Shown in pieces: positions 1 through 13,863 of a stretch of 64,000 nt of DNA. The stretch is from Carcharhinus amblyrhynchos (Eukaryota), in NCBI GenBank assembly GCA_965287045.1, contig OZ336880.1, positions 32,178,001-32,242,000 on the forward strand, given 5' to 3'. A program made the position numbers and the translations under genes. The notes below the pieces were generated by a model. That model did no database searches. It had not been told where the DNA came from and saw only the letters and a program-made list of their open reading frames with translations. The stretch's first letter is position 1. The number at the start of each line of letters is the position of its first letter.

Positions 1-830
1 AGTCTCCAGCTTATTTACATCCTGCAGTATCCTCTGGCAATCAACCTCACTATCCACAGCTCCCCCAATCTTTGTGTCGTCTGCAAACTTACTAATCAGA
101 TCACCTACATTGTCCTCCAAATCATTTATAAATATTACAAACAATGGGGGTCCCAGCACTGATCCTGCAGAACATCACAGGCTACAGACCTCCAGTCAGA
201 GAAATACCCTTCCACCATTATGACCAAGTGAGTCCTGTATCCATCTTACTAGCTCACCGTGGATCCCATGTGACTTCATCTTCTGTATCAGCTTGCCATG
301 GGGGACCTTGTCAAAGGCTTTGCAGAAGTCCACGTAGATAGTATTCACCACCCTGCCCTCATCAATTATCTTTGTCATTCCCTCAGAAACTCTATCAAGT
401 TTGTGAGACATGATCTTCCCCACACAAAGCCATGCTACTTGTCACTAATAAGTCCGTATTTTTCCAAATGTGAGTAAACCCTGTCCCTAAGAATGCTCTC
501 CAATAATTTCCCTATCACCGATGTAAAGCTCACCAGACTGTAATTTTCTAGATTATCCCCGTTGCTCTTTTTAAACAAAGGAACAGCATTTCCTATTCTC
601 CAGTCCTCTGGGACCTCTCCTGTGATTAAAAAAGATATAAAGATTTCGTATAAGGCCCCAGCAATTTCCTCCCTCGTCTCCCTCAGTATTCTGGAATAGA
701 TCCCATTAGGTCTCGGCGATTTGTCTGCATAAAAAGCCCAACACCTCTTTTTTGATATTGACGTGTCCTCGAATATCAATATACCCCTCTCTAGATTCAC
801 TGTACATCATATTCCTTCTCCCCTGTGAAT
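1..830 (-). mobile_element. CR1 LINE ORF2 fragment (degraded RT)
   Basis: Minus ORFs VPEDWRIGNAVPLFKK...Y.LVSFTSVIGKLLE and IYVDFCKAFDKVPHGKL, broken by stops and frameshifts. Confidence 0.9.
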
Positions 831-959
831 CCAAATGAAATATTGCACAATCAACCATATTCTGAAAAGCCATTTTAGGTTTACCATATTAGATATATGG
901 CTATCAATGTTTTAGGTTCTGTTTAGTAAAAGTGACATTTTGGAATCAATCACAACTAA

Positions 960-1635
960 AAGGGATATTCCACTATATACAGAATAGATACATTCCAACA
1001 AGAAAGAAAATATCCAATGGGAGGTTTCACAATCTATGGTTAACTAAGAAAGTTAATGATAATGTCAGACTGAAAGAAAAAACATATTAGCGTAAAGATG
1101 GATGAGAGGTTAGAAGATTGGGCAGAATATAAAAAACAGCAAAGAATAATTAAAATGTTAATTGGGAGGGAAAAATGAGACCATGAGGAAAAGCTAGCCA
1201 GAAATATAAGGATAAATATTAAGAAATTTCCACAGATACTTAAAAAAGAGTTAACAAAGTGACTCTACGGAAAATGAGTCTGGGAAAATAAGGTGATGGC
1301 AGATGAATTGAACAGGAATTTTGCATCTGTCTTCATCACAGAAGATACAAGTAAGTAATATTCCAGAAATAGCTGAAAATCAGGAAGTGGAAGAGAGGGA
1401 GGAACTCAAAAAAATTACAGCCACTAGGGATGTGGTATTGAGTAAATTGTTAGAGTTGTGGGCTGACAAATCCCTGGGGCCTGATGGACTTCATCCTAGA
1501 GTCTTAAAAGAAGTGGCTAGTGTAATGGTTGATGCATTGGTTTTAATTTTCCACAATTCACTGTAAAGTTCCACTAGATTGGAAAATAACGATGGCAATT
1601 CCTTTATTTAAAAAGGGAGGGAGCCAGACAGCAGG
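960..1635 (+). mobile_element. CR1 LINE ORF2 fragment (pre-RT tether)
   Basis: ADKSLGPDGLHPRVLKEVA..VDALVLIF, followed by DWKI..A.PLFKKG-like codons. Confidence 0.85.
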
Positions 1636-1639
1636 CTGT

Positions 1640-2850
1640 AGTCAGACAGGCCACAACCAAATTAAGTACCAAGTCAAAAGATCTGGACTCCAGTGCACAA
1701 TTTAGAAAATGATTCAGAGCATACATTTAAGTAACTTTAAGGTGAAGTTTAACCTCTAAAATTAAGTAATTGAGCAGCTGAATTGGCCATTTTATGAGGG
1801 AAACCCTAAAAATTTTGGGTTTCCCCCATAGACATCCACACCAGTGGCTCATCAGCACCAATCCACTCAACTACCATTGTCGCAAAAGGCTAGGGGCCTA
1901 ATCTCATGGAATGAGATTGGTTACATCAAATTAAGCTAAATTGGCTAGAAATCTTAAATATATCTGATAGTAGTTTACAAGAAGTTTCTTTAAAATGCCA
2001 CAAAGTTTTTCAAAATGAATAGGCAAGCGTCAGGGCTAAAATTTACATTCATTTGGATGCTACTGCAACATTTTTTAGAGCTTGCCCAGTGCCTTATGCC
2101 TTGCATCAAAAACCGAGACAGAACTTAAATGTTTGGAAGAATTAAGAACCATTAGGCCAATTCAGTTTTCTGAATAGACTGTCCCCTTTGTACTCACACT
2201 AAAATTGGACTGGACTGCATTTGTGGGGACTACAAATTAAATATCAATCAACTAGCCAATCTGGACAAATGTCCAATTCCAAAAATTGAGGATCTTTATG
2301 CAAAACTAGTGGGAGGCCTGACATATACAAAAACTAGACATGAACTATGCCTATTAATAATTAGAATTGGATGAGAATTCAAGAAAATTTGTAACAATTA
2401 ACACCCATAATGCTTTATTTCGGTGTAACTAGTTACCTTTTTGTGTGTCTCAGCTATTTTTCAGTGCACCATGCAAAGTTTATTGCAAGACATAGCCAAA
2501 GGAGTGGTGTACCTAAATGATGTTTTAATAACAGGAGTTTCCCTAGAATAGCATTTGACAAGCCTCAAAGAATTGTTCAAAATATTCAAAGAAAGACTCA
2601 AGAGGTTCAAAAAAGCCGGGGGATTGAAAATTGAATAAAGTGTTGTGATCAATGCCAATCGCAACACTGTCTCCTTCAAATCACTTGCACCCGTGGGGGT
2701 GGCCTGGCTGAGCTTGGGCATGGTCACATGTGAATTTTGCTCGTCCTTTTATGGGCACTATCTTCCTAATTTCATTGATGCCAATTCCAAATGACTTGAA
2801 ATTCATGAAACCAAAACAACAACATCATCTACAACGATCGAAAAATGACA
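1640..2850 (+). mobile_element. Ty3/Gypsy LTR retrotransposon pol relic (post-protease, RT, integrase start)
   Basis: Across frameshifts: GPNL..RDWL..IKLNW, FFRACPVPYAL, ICGDYKL.IN, PIPKIEDLYAKL, VTINTH, IFQ.TMQSLLQDI..VVYLNDVLITG, then C.QCQ...WP...W..H..FA.PFMG and IDA.SK. Confidence 0.85.
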
Positions 2851-5129
2851 TGGGCTGTTCAACAAAATAGCTAAAGAAAAGTCAGATTTCTAGAGGGTAC
2901 ATATTAAGCTGCTGATAATTCAAATTTCATTCAACTTTGATAATATATTGTAAGCATTGAATTCTAATGTTTTATTCTGATTTACTGTGGGCAAGAATAA
3001 ATTAACAGAATTAAATATAAGAGCAGCTATTCATTAATTAAATATTTGATAATCTGGGTTTTTTTTCGTATTTAAATTTCACTCTTAGGGTTTTTGGGAA
3101 GATCACCAACACTATGTTGTGAAGGAGTGGGGTAAGTTAGATTGTGGGTGAGCTTGTGGGCAGTTTCCTAATTTTGGAGACAGTGGGTGGCTGAAATGGA
3201 GAAAGTTGATGAGACTAGCTTTGCAAGCTGACTTATTGAGACGGAATTCTCTCAGCAGGCTCACTAACAGATGGACCTGCCTCAAATATTTAGGTGATTA
3301 ACGACTGGTAGAAGTTAAATTTCTGGATGGTAAGGATGATACTGCTACCATTATCTTCTTCAATTCAGTTACAGCAAGCATCTGACTCACATATATTACA
3401 GCAAAGTGGCACTTGTTCACTACTAAATTTGCTGGTTCTAAAAGTGATCATTTTGCTCTGAATATGAAATTTGAAGAAACATAAAATTGTAAAATAAAAC
3501 AGGAACAATGTTTTGTTAACAATTATGCCAATATTCATCTTATTTCATCTGTTAACAACCACATCTGATAAAGGAAAGGCACTTGATCAAGGCAAGTGAA
3601 AATGTTTTCAAATGATGGCCAAGTGATCTTTTTATTTTGCTTGGATTTCAGTTCACAAGTGAGGGGCAGAGTAGGCAAATGTATTTTGTAGTAGAGTGGT
3701 CCCTTGAGGGTCATGTGATCAGGCTGGACTCTTTGGAGAGGCAGTGTGGGAAGCCAAACCAACCAAGAACAAGGCTTGGGGAACTTGTTCAGGCTTGTTC
3801 TGGGTCGGAAAGGAACCTCAGTTGGACCCTGGGAGAAGAAAATAGTCATGTATTGCAGCTCTGTCAGACCCTTGTTTGCACATATGCAAATATTGTTGTT
3901 AATAAACCCTTTTCTAACTTGAAGCCACAATAAGTCACCTTCAAAGTTACTATAGTTTTATTTATTTGGGCAAGTGGAACTCCAATACTACTTAACCTCA
4001 CCCATTGTCCATTTCCTTTAAACACTTGCATAGATGCCAGTCGTTGCAGGATGCCTCCGTTTTAAGCTTCACATAAGGAATGTCTGATGTAGCTCACTCA
4101 GACAGTGCCCAGCTTGAAAATGTTATGTTGAGAGAAGGGAGGAACAGAGAAAGTATTTCCCAGAAATTAAAACTGGTATAAGTCAGCAAGAGACAAGAAC
4201 AGCAGCTGTTAGCCTGAGGGGAGAAGAGCATGAATCGTTTTGGGAAAATAATGACATTTGCAAGACTTCATTCTATCTTGAGTATGTTAACCTATTTTTG
4301 ATGTCTCTGTAGGCACTATGGAGATTTTCCTGAGTGTGCAGTGCAATGGATGCATTGGATGCAGTGAATGCCAAAAAAAGGAGGGATGAAATACAAGTCC
4401 ATAAGATAAGTTGCCTAAATTTCTTCTCTTTAAATTAATTATGGAAAATTAATAAAGTCCCTTTGTAATTGTATGCACTGATTTCCTAATAACCGCTCCA
4501 CTGCAATCCACTGCCTAGGGTACTAACCTAGGAAACATTTCCCTCTTAATTGAAAGAATGTGAAATCTCATAATCAGAGTCATCCAAATATGTTTTTAAT
4601 GTATTGGAACATAGAGAAACATTGACAGTGTATTTTACTTGTCCATATGTATCCTGAGTCATGAAAGTTGTTTCTTTTAAAACTAGAAAAATTTAAAGTA
4701 TTTTCAAAAATATTTGGCAGTCTCTCCTATCATTCAACCACGCCAAGTTTGTAAAGTATAATTTTAGAACCTAACTAATAAAATGAAGAACAATCAGAAA
4801 GAGCCATCAGCTTTACGGAAAATTAGTTAACTATTTGAAAAGCTGTGCATCATTCTTGTCATCATGAAGTCATTCAATAGAGACAGAATTATATTCATCA
4901 ACATTATTTATGTTGAGGTGTCATGTATCTTTAAGCGTAGGAAGATAGAAGATTTGCCCAAACCTTTTGACTACAATTCAAACCATTAGATCCAAGTACC
5001 AACATTCAACAGACTTAAATCAAAAAATCACAAAAATGTGCTATTCAAACTCTGGGAAATGGCAGTGTATAAATTCACATCCTGTCTGCTGTAGTTGTAA
5101 CAGTTGGAATGTTGAACACAGTTGAGGTG

Positions 5130-5690
5130 TTGGACTACCTGGGCCTGCATCCATTGGAGATCAGAAAAATAAGAGGTGATCTTACTAAAATAAATAAGAT
5201 CCTGGAGCGATAAAACGTTTGTCACAGCTGGCGAAGGGTCGTCCAGACTCAAAACAGTGGCTCTATTCTCTCTCCACAGATCCTATCAGACCTGCTGAGA
5301 TTTTCCAACATTTCCTGTTTTTGTTTCAGATTTCAGCATCTGCAGTATTTTGCTTAAGATCCTGAGCGGACTTGGCAGGGTGAATCCTGGAAAGATGTTT
5401 CCTCTTGAGGAACAGACTAGAACTAATGACCACAGTTTAAAAATAAGGATTCTCCTCCTATTTAGGACAGAGATGAGAAAACATTTTTTCCCTCAGAGGG
5501 TCATGAGTTTCTAGGAACTGTCTTCCCCAGAGAGCAATTGAGGCAGGATCATTAGATATTTTTAAGGTAGATAGATTCTATTGGAATTAGTTGGAATGTG
5601 GAGTTGAGGCCATAATCAGATCAGCCATCTTCTTACAGAATGGGAGACAGGCATGATGAGCCAAATAGCCCACTTCTGTTCCAAACTTAG
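5130..5690 (+). mobile_element. CR1 3' end fragment interrupted by a short repeat at about 5222-5355
   Basis: RGDL..I.KIL / FPL...TR.H.LKI / FF..RV motifs and the atcagccat 3' tail. aagatcctg(g)agcg occurs on both sides of the insert. Confidence 0.7.
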
Positions 5691-5904
5691 TTCCACTTCT
5701 GTTCCATTTCTTAGAAACACCTGCCACATAACCATGTGGTTACAAGAGCAGATCAGAGGCTAGGAATTCTATGGCAAATAGCTCACCTCCTGACTTCCCC
5801 ACCATCTACAAAGTACAACTAAGGAGTGCAAGGAGGCACAAACTCAGGCTAGGAGGCCAATCATATAGACCTGAGATGAGAGGAAACTACTTCATCAAAG
5901 AAGA

Positions 5905-7278
5905 AACTCCATCATCAAAGAAGAAAAAGCAAGATACCTAGAAGAGAACAGGGGTTGTACAAGCAGACGCAGCATGGATTTGTGGAGGGGAAGTTGTGTT
6001 TAACGAATTTATTGGATTTCTATGAGGATGTGACTAGTGCGGCAGACAGAGGGGAACCAGTGGATGTGGTGTTTTTAGATTTCCAGAAGGCATTCGATAA
6101 GGTGCCTCACAAAAGGTTGCTGCAGAAGGTTAGGAGACACGGAGTTGGGGGTAAAGTGTTAGCGTGGATTGAGGATGGGTTATCTAACAGGAAGCAGAGA
6201 GTTGGAATCAATGGGTGCTTTTCTGGTTGGCAGTTGGTGACTAGTGGAGTGCCGCAGGGATCGGTGCTGTGGCCTCAACTGTTTACCATTTACATAGACG
6301 ATCTGGAGGAGGGGGCTGAGTGTAGGGTAACGAAATTTGCTGATGACACACAGATGAGTGGAAAAGCGAATTGCGTGGAGGGCACGGAAAGTCTGCAAAG
6401 AGATCTGGATAGGCTGAGTGAGTGGGCAAGGACCTGGCAGATGGAGTATAACGTTAGCAAATGTGAGGTTATCCACTTTGGTAGAAATAATAATAGGAAG
6501 GAATATTATTTAAAGGGTGAAGAGCTGCAGCATGCTACTGTGTAGCGGGACCTGGTGGTACTTGTGCACGAATCGCAAAAACCCAGTCTGCAGGTGCAGC
6601 AGCTGATCAAGAAGGCAAATGGAATGTTGGCCTTTATCAAGAGGGGGATAGAATATAAAAGCAGGGAGGTCTTGCTGCACTGTACAGGGCACTGGTGAGG
6701 CCGTAACTGGAGTACTGTGTGCAGTTTTGGTCCCCATATTTGCGATAGGATATACTGACCTTGGAGGGAGTACAGAGAAGGTTCACCAGGCTGATACCGG
6801 AGATTAGAGGGTTAGTTTATGAGGAGAGATTGAATAGACTGGGTCTGTCCTCATTAGAGTTTAGAAGGCTGAGGATGGATCTTATAGAGACTTACAAGAT
6901 AATGAAAGGGCTAGATAGGGTAGAGGTAGAGAGATTCTTCCCGCTCAGAAAGGAAAACAGAACTAGAGGGCACAGCCTCAAGATAAGGGTGGGGGGGGGG
7001 CTGCAGTTTAGAACGGAGTTGAGGAGGAACTTCTTCACTCAATGGGTGGTGAATCTCTGGAATTCTCTGCCCATTGAAGTGGTGGAGGCTACCTCGTTGA
7101 ATATATTTAAGTCACGGGTAGATAGATTTCTGATAGACAAGGGAATTAAGGGTTATGGGGAGAAAACGGGAAAGTGGAACTGATTCACCAGATCAGCCAT
7201 GATCTTATTGAATGACGGGGCAGGCTCGAAGGGCGAGATGGCCTACTCCTGCTCCTATTTCTTATGTCTTATGTTCTT
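5905..7278 (+). mobile_element. 5'-truncated CR1 LINE (RT through 3' tail), relatively young
   Basis: ORFs 5955-6545 ([38 protein letters not shown]) and 6761-7183, ending in the ttatgtcttatgttc tail. Confidence 0.95.
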
Positions 7279-7289
7279 TCTTCACTCAA

Positions 7290-9840
7290 AATGGCCCAAC
7301 TAGAGAAGGGGCAAAACTTGACCTTCTTTGGGAAATAAGGAAGGGCAGGTGACAAAAGTGTTAGTGAGGGATCACTTTTGGACCAGTGACCAAAATTCTA
7401 TTAGTTTTAAGATAGCTATAGAGAATGATAGGCCTGGCCCAAAAGTTAAAATTCTAAATTAGGGCAAGGCCAATTTTGATGGTATCAGGCAGGAGCTTTC
7501 AAAAGTTAATTGGGAGAGTCCGTAGGAAGGCAAAGGGACATCTGGTAAGTGGGAGGCGTTCAAAAGTGTGTTAACCAGTGTTCAGGGTAAGCACATTCCT
7601 CTTAGAGTGAAGGGCAATGCGGGTAGAAGTAGGGAATCCTGGTTGACTCAGGATATTGAGGCCCTGGTCAAGAAGAAGAAGGAGGCCATGACATGCATAG
7701 ACAACTGGGATCAAGTGGATCCCTTGAAAAGTACAGGGGATATAGGAGTAGAGTTAAGAGAGAAATCAAGAGGGCAAAAAGGGGACACGAGATTGTTTCG
7801 GCAGATAAGGAAAAGGAGAATCCAAAGAGCTTCTACAAACACATACAGGCCAAAAAAGTAACTATGGAGAGAGTAGGGCCTCTTAAGGACCAACAAAGTC
7901 ATTTATGTGCAGATCTACAAGACACGAGTGAGATCCTAAATGAATACTTTTCATCAGTATTCACTGTTGAGAAAAGCATGGATGTTACGGAACGTGGGAA
8001 ATAAATAGCGATGTTTTGAGGAGTGTACATATAACCAAGAAGGAGATGCTGGAAGTCTTAAAGTGCATCAAGGTAGATAAATCCCTGGGATCTGATGAAG
8101 TGTATCCCAGGATATTGTGGGAGGCTAGGGAGGAAATTGTGTGTCTCCCAGCAGAGATATTTGTATCATCGATAGTCACAGGTGAGATGCCTGAAAATTG
8201 GAGGGTGGCAAATGTTATACCTTTGTTTAAAAAGGGCTGCAGGGAAAAGCCTGGGAACTACAAGCTGGTGAGCCTCACATATGTGGTGGGTAAATCGTTG
8301 TAAGTATGTGAAGGACAGGATCTATAGGCATTTAGAGACACAAGGACTGATTAGGAACAGTCAGCAAGTCTTTGTGAGTGGAAAATCGTGTCTCACAAAT
8401 TTGATTAAATTTTTTGAAGGAGTAACCAAGAAGGTAGATGAGGGCAGTGCAATTGATGTTGTCTACATGGACTTTAGCAAGACCTTTGACAAGGTACTGC
8501 ATGGTATGTTGTTGCGTAACACTAAATCTCATGGGATCCAGGGTGAGATAGCTAAATGGATATAAAATTGGCTTTTTGACAGAAGCCAGAGGGTGGTTGT
8601 AGGAGTTGTTTTACAAACTGGAGGCCTGCGACCAGCTTCAGGGATTGGTGCTGGGTCCACTGTTATTTGTCATTTATATTAATGATTTGGATGAGAATAT
8701 AGGAGGCATGGTTAATAAGTTTGCAGATGACACCAAGATTGGTGGCATAGTGGACAGTGAAGAAAGTTATCTTGGATTGCAATGGGATCTTGATCAATTG
8801 GGCCAATGAGCTGAGGAAAGGCAAATAGAGTTTAAGTTAGATCAATGTGAGGTAATGCATTTTGATAAATTCAACCAGGGCAGGACTTACATAGTTAATG
8901 GTAGAGCATTGCGGAGAGTTACAGAACAAAGAGATGTAGGGATACATGTTCATAGCTCCTTGAAAGTGGAGTCACAGGTGGACAGAATGGTGAAAAAGGC
9001 ATTCAACATGCTTGGTTTCATTGGTCAGAACATTGAATACAGGAGTTGGGATGTCTTGTTGGAGTTGTACAAGACATTGGTAAGGCCACACTTGGAATAC
9101 TGTGTATAGTTCTGGTTATCCTATTGTAGAAAGGATATTATTAAACTAGAAAGAGCGCAGAAGAGATTTATTGGGATGCTACTGGGACTTGATGGTTTGA
9201 GTTATAAGGAGAGGCTGGATAAACTGTGACTTGTTTCTCTGGAGCGTAGGAGGCTGAGGTGTGATCTTATAGAGGTCTATAAAATAATGAAGGGCGTAGA
9301 TCAGCTAGATACTCAACATCTTTTCCCAAACATAGGGAAGTCTAAAACTAGAGGGCATAGGCTTAAGGTGAAAGGGGAGAGATACAAAAGGATCCAGAGG
9401 GGCAATTTCTTCACACAGAGAGTGATGACTGAGCCCAAAGATATGTGGGTTAGGTTGATTGGCCATGCTAAGAAATTGCCCCTTAGTATCCAGGGATGCG
9501 TAGGTTAGTGGGATTAGTGGGTATAATATGTAGGGATACGGGGCTAGGGCCTGGGTGGGATTGTGTTCGGTGCAAACTCGATGGGCCGAAGGGCCTCTTT
9601 CTGCACTCTAGAGTTCTATGATTCTATGACTCTATGAGTGTCTGGAACAAGCTGCCAGAAGTATTAGTAGATTTGGGTACAATTTTGTCTTTTAAAAAAC
9701 ATTTAGACAGTTACATGGGTAAAATGGGCATAGAGGGATATGGGCAATTGGGACTAGCTTTGGGATTTAAGAAAAAAGGGTGGCATGGACAAGTTGGGCC
9801 AAAGGCCCTGTTTCCATGCTGTAAACCTCTATGATTCTAA
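7290..9840 (+). mobile_element. CR1 LINE (end of endonuclease to 3' tail), degraded, with a nested SINE
   Basis: Collinear ORF2 pieces: KENPKSFY, ENWRVANVIPLFKKG, YMDFSKTFDKV, KFADDTKIGG, LVRPHLEYCV, TRGHRLKV, NFFTQRV. Confidence 0.93.
9430..9634 (+). mobile_element. 5'-truncated HE1-like V-SINE nested in CR1
   Basis: cccaaagatatgtgggttaggttgattggccatgcta core and (ttctatga)n tail. The CR1 resumes at gagtgtctggaac. Confidence 0.85.
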
Positions 9841-10034
9841 AATTCATGCTCTAGAATATTATGGAGGTGCCGTCATTGAATACATTTAAAGGTAGGATAG
9901 ACTGATCTTTGGTCTCTCAAGAAATATGAGGAATGGGCAGGTAAGTGGAGTTGAAGCCCAAAATCAGCTATGTATTGAATGGCAGAGCAGGCTCGACAAG
10001 ACATGGTCTACTTCTACTCATATTTCTTGTGTTT

Positions 10035-10660
10035 TGTGTATTGGAACACTCTCCTCTTGCCTGGATAAGTGTAACAAAAACTATAATCAAGAAGCTCAAT
10101 AGCATCCAGGACAAGCAGACCACTTGACTGCACTCAATCCATCACCTTCAACATTTACTCCTTCCAATCCTATACACAATGGCAGCAGAGTGTATGATCA
10201 AAATCTTTCATCTTTGTTTGTAGTTGGGGTTTTCCTGTGCCACTGGAAGTTAATGGAGTTTTGGTTAGAAAGCCAAATTTTTCATTCTCGCTCACAACAG
10301 GCCTCACTACGGATGAGACTGGAGAACCCCACCCTACACCTACAAGGTGGAGTATAGTGACTTACGAAGGCATTTTCCAGCCCATGACTTCTACCATCAA
10401 GAAGAAACAAGGGCAGCAAACACAACCAGTGTAAGTTCACCTCCAAGTCACTCACCATCCTGACTTGGAACTATATCATAATTTCTGGGTCAACTTCCTG
10501 GAACTCTCGCTCTAGTAGCATTATAGCTGTACTTACGTAGACCGCAGAGGCTTAAGAAGGCAACTCACCACAATTGCCCTTCCTAAGGGCAATTAGGGAT
10601 GAGCAAGAAATGGCCTAGCCTGTTAGGCTCAATGTCATCATTTGAAAGAATTTCACAAAA
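10035..10660 (+). mobile_element. L2/CR1-group LINE 3' fragment
   Basis: EHSPLAWIS...KKLNSIQDK motif and the caattagggatg..caa tail shared with Deu-SINEs. Confidence 0.7.
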
Positions 10661-10693
10661 ATATTGACTTTGTCAGCAACATCCACATCTCAT

Positions 10694-11005
10694 GAGCTGG
10701 CATTGTTGTATAGTGGTTAGCATTGCTGCCTCAAAGTGCCAGGGACCCAGGTTCAATTCCCAGCTTGGGTCAGTATCTATGCGGAATCTGCACATTCACC
10801 CTGTGTCTGCATGGGTTTCCTCCGGGTAGTGGTTTCCTCCCACAGTCCGAAAGATGTGTTGGTTAGGTGCATTGGCCATGCTAAATTCTCCCTGAATTAG
10901 TGTACCTGAACAGGTGCCAGGGTGTGACGACTAGGGGATTTTCACAGTAACTTTATTGTAGTGTTAATGTAAGCCTACTTGTGACACTAATAAAATAAAC
11001 TTAAA
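10694..11005 (+). mobile_element. V-SINE (HE1/MER6-like) with alternative tail
   Basis: tRNA-like A box (tagtggttagc) and B box (ggttcaattcc), V-domain gggtttcctccggg, tail ...ggattttcacagtaac...gtgacactaataaaataaac. Confidence 0.85.
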
Positions 11006-13511
11006 CAAGTAAAAACAAAGGCTTTGTGGCAAGATTCCTGTTACAAGATTGAAGTTAAAAATACTTCAAAATGCTATTACTCTGTTGAAAGGGCTTCTTT
11101 TTGAATTGTTTTTCTGCGAAAGCAGTTTGTGGACCTGCTTCAATAGCAGTTAAAAGAAACAAAAATAATGTTATTGATCTAAAATTGGAACTATCTTTTG
11201 AGGAAACAGGGTGATCCAATCTGAGACTTCAAGTCACTGCACTTAAAGTCTCACAGGAGAAATCTAAAGACAATTTAAATTAATGGTGCATGGAACATAG
11301 TAATCCAAAAGAGGTGACTTGCTCCCTTCCAGGAGCTGTCATCAGTGGTAGAGAGAAATATACAGATGGTTCTCTTTGCTGGTATTTCTTGCTAGTCCAG
11401 CAAAAAGGAGCAAACAGACTTTACCAAGTTAGTTGATTTCATGTTGAGCATTGAAATTTATCTCGGCGTTCTGTAGATAAGGAGCTGATTGCTATTCAGT
11501 AATGCTTGCTAGAAATACAGATAAGGATACGCCATGATGCCCTGTACTGTGAAATAGCTCACTAACATTCAGTGTCAAAGAATGAGCAATAAGTACTGAC
11601 ATAGAAACATAGATATGGAAAATAGGTGCAGGAATAGGTTACTGGGCCCTTCGAGCTTGCATCACCATTCAATATGATCTAAATCTGCCTGAAGAGGCAC
11701 ATGAGCATTGGTTTAACACTTCACCCAACAAGTTCTTCAAAATACAGCAGTCGCTCAGAACTATATTGGAATATCAATCTAAATTTATAAGGTTACTACA
11801 ATTAACCTCAGTGCTTCTGGGTAAGGAAGCTGAAAGAGTTCATATATAAAGTCAGGATTGTGAATAAAATACAGTAATCTGCAATCAAGATTCATTTATA
11901 CAAATGTTTCAAATGATTCTAAAATAACATATGTCCAAACCTTCTGACTCAGGTGAGAATTGTATCAACATACCAAACTGACATTTCTACTGAGCTACAA
12001 GACTAAATGCTAAAATGTTGGCAAAAGAACAAAAAAGAACCAAAGCAGAGACCAGAGATCTTGATGCACCACCTTGCCAGTGACTCAGCATTAATACAAA
12101 ATCATTGTTTACAGTTCTGGGCATAGCACCTAGAGAGGCCTCGGAAGGAATGCAGTGCAGATTCATTGGAATATTAACAGAGGGTTAGATTATGAGGAGA
12201 TTACATAAACCAGGTCTGAATTCTCTAGATGTAGAAAGACATGGAGTAATTTGAGGGTTTTAGCATTTTGCAAAGAGTTGATCAGAGTAAATTGAGAGAT
12301 ACTTCTTCCACTGGTGGGCTTTTTAGAACAATTAGGAGTAATAACCTTAAATTGCGGGCTAGGTCATTCAGGAGCGATATTGGGAGACACTCCTTCATGC
12401 AAAGAATTATAGATGTGTGGAATTCTCTCTGGTAAAAAGCAGTAGTTGTTCACTCAATTAAGTTTAAAGTTTATTTATTAGTGTCACAAGTAGACTTACA
12501 TTAATAATTCTAAATTTGAATTGAATAGATTTTTGCTACTCTGGGTGGTGAGGGGTATTGGAATCAGGCGCAGGCTAATGCTCTGGGCTCATGGAGTCAA
12601 ATCCCACCACAATAGCCTACAAAGTAATGTGGCTAACTCTTAACTACCCTCTGAAATGGCCTAGCATGCCATTCAGTTCAATGGTGATTAGGAATGGGCA
12701 CAAATACTAGCCTTGCTGGCGATGCCCATCATTCCATGAAAGAAAAATTCTTCAAAAAAGATAAATGGTTAACTTTAATAATTGCTGCTGAGATTAAACA
12801 TAAGGAGCTATATTATAATGATGTCATTCACTGAGAGATGAGTATGAAGTATCTCAGGGAATAGCTCCAACTATATCTTGATCTTATTGAACCACTGTAA
12901 ATAATTAGTATGTAAACAAATGTTTGTGAACATAGACCATTGCCTCCTGCAAGATCCCTTCTAGAGTAAGAAGGCAACAAATTCTGAGATAAGTCCACAA
13001 TAATAAATGTTGGCAGCAGTGACCAAACCCACAAAGAATCAGTAGAAAACAACCAGAGAAGCCTCAAGTGAAACCTAGCATCAATGCAGAGCAGAGCCTA
13101 AAGGATTTCAAGGTCAATCCATCAACCACACTGGAGACAACCAAATGAAAAGGCCAGCCCAGCAACTGGCAGGACAAGCAGTAGGGAAGAGAGAACCTCA
13201 AACCAGGATGTGAAATGGTGACTTCTACCAGAATCATTTCAAAATATAGAGTATCCCAGATAGGCTGAGCAATGTCAACATTGGCAAACATGTATTATTC
13301 TGTACTGCAATGCTTCAGGTCTTGCAAGAGAATAAAGACCAAGTTAGCATTTTGTTATGCGCTGAGCTTGGCAGACAAGGTGCTGCCCAGACAGGGGTGA
13401 ATGAAGACACAGTCTCCTAAGAGAATGTAATTGAAACCTTTGACTCATATTTCAATCTTTGTAAAAATATTTTCACAAAGAGAGCAAAATTTAATTGACA
13501 CAGACAAAAAC

Positions 13512-13863
13512 TGTCTAAGAGGGGTGTGGACATGGTGAGTGGGGAGAAGTTGTTTCCTTTGGTTGAGGGGTCAGTCATGAGGAGGCATAGTTTTATAGTG
13601 AGATGGCAGGAGATTCCATGGGGATTTGAGAAAAAGCTTTTTCATTCAGAGGGTGGTGGGAATGCACTGTCTGGGGAGGTAGTGGAGGCCAGGATCCTTA
13701 CAACCTTTAAAACATATTTGGATGAGCACATGAAATATCATAACATTCAAGGATATGGGACGAATGCAGGAAAATGGGATTAGCTCTTCTTTAGTGGTAC
13801 TTATTGTCAGTGCAGACTCGATGGGCCAAAGGCCTTTTCTGTGCTGTATGACTGTATGACTCT
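13512..13863 (+). mobile_element. CR1 3' fragment inserted in Gypsy gag
   Basis: EKLFPLVEGS..R.H.F, TFKTYLDEH, (tgtatgac)n tail. Flanked by aaaaac at 13506-13511 and 13864-13869 (candidate TSD). Confidence 0.85.

Noticed and set aside
2850-5130. Unique sequence that might hold exons of a neighbouring gene
   Set aside because: I found no exon with recognisable protein similarity and consistent splice sites.
5955-9508. RT ORFs as a retron, group II intron, defence-type RT system or domesticated gene
   Set aside because: Motifs and tails are ordinary CR1 LINE; the copies are truncated and frameshifted in a vertebrate context.
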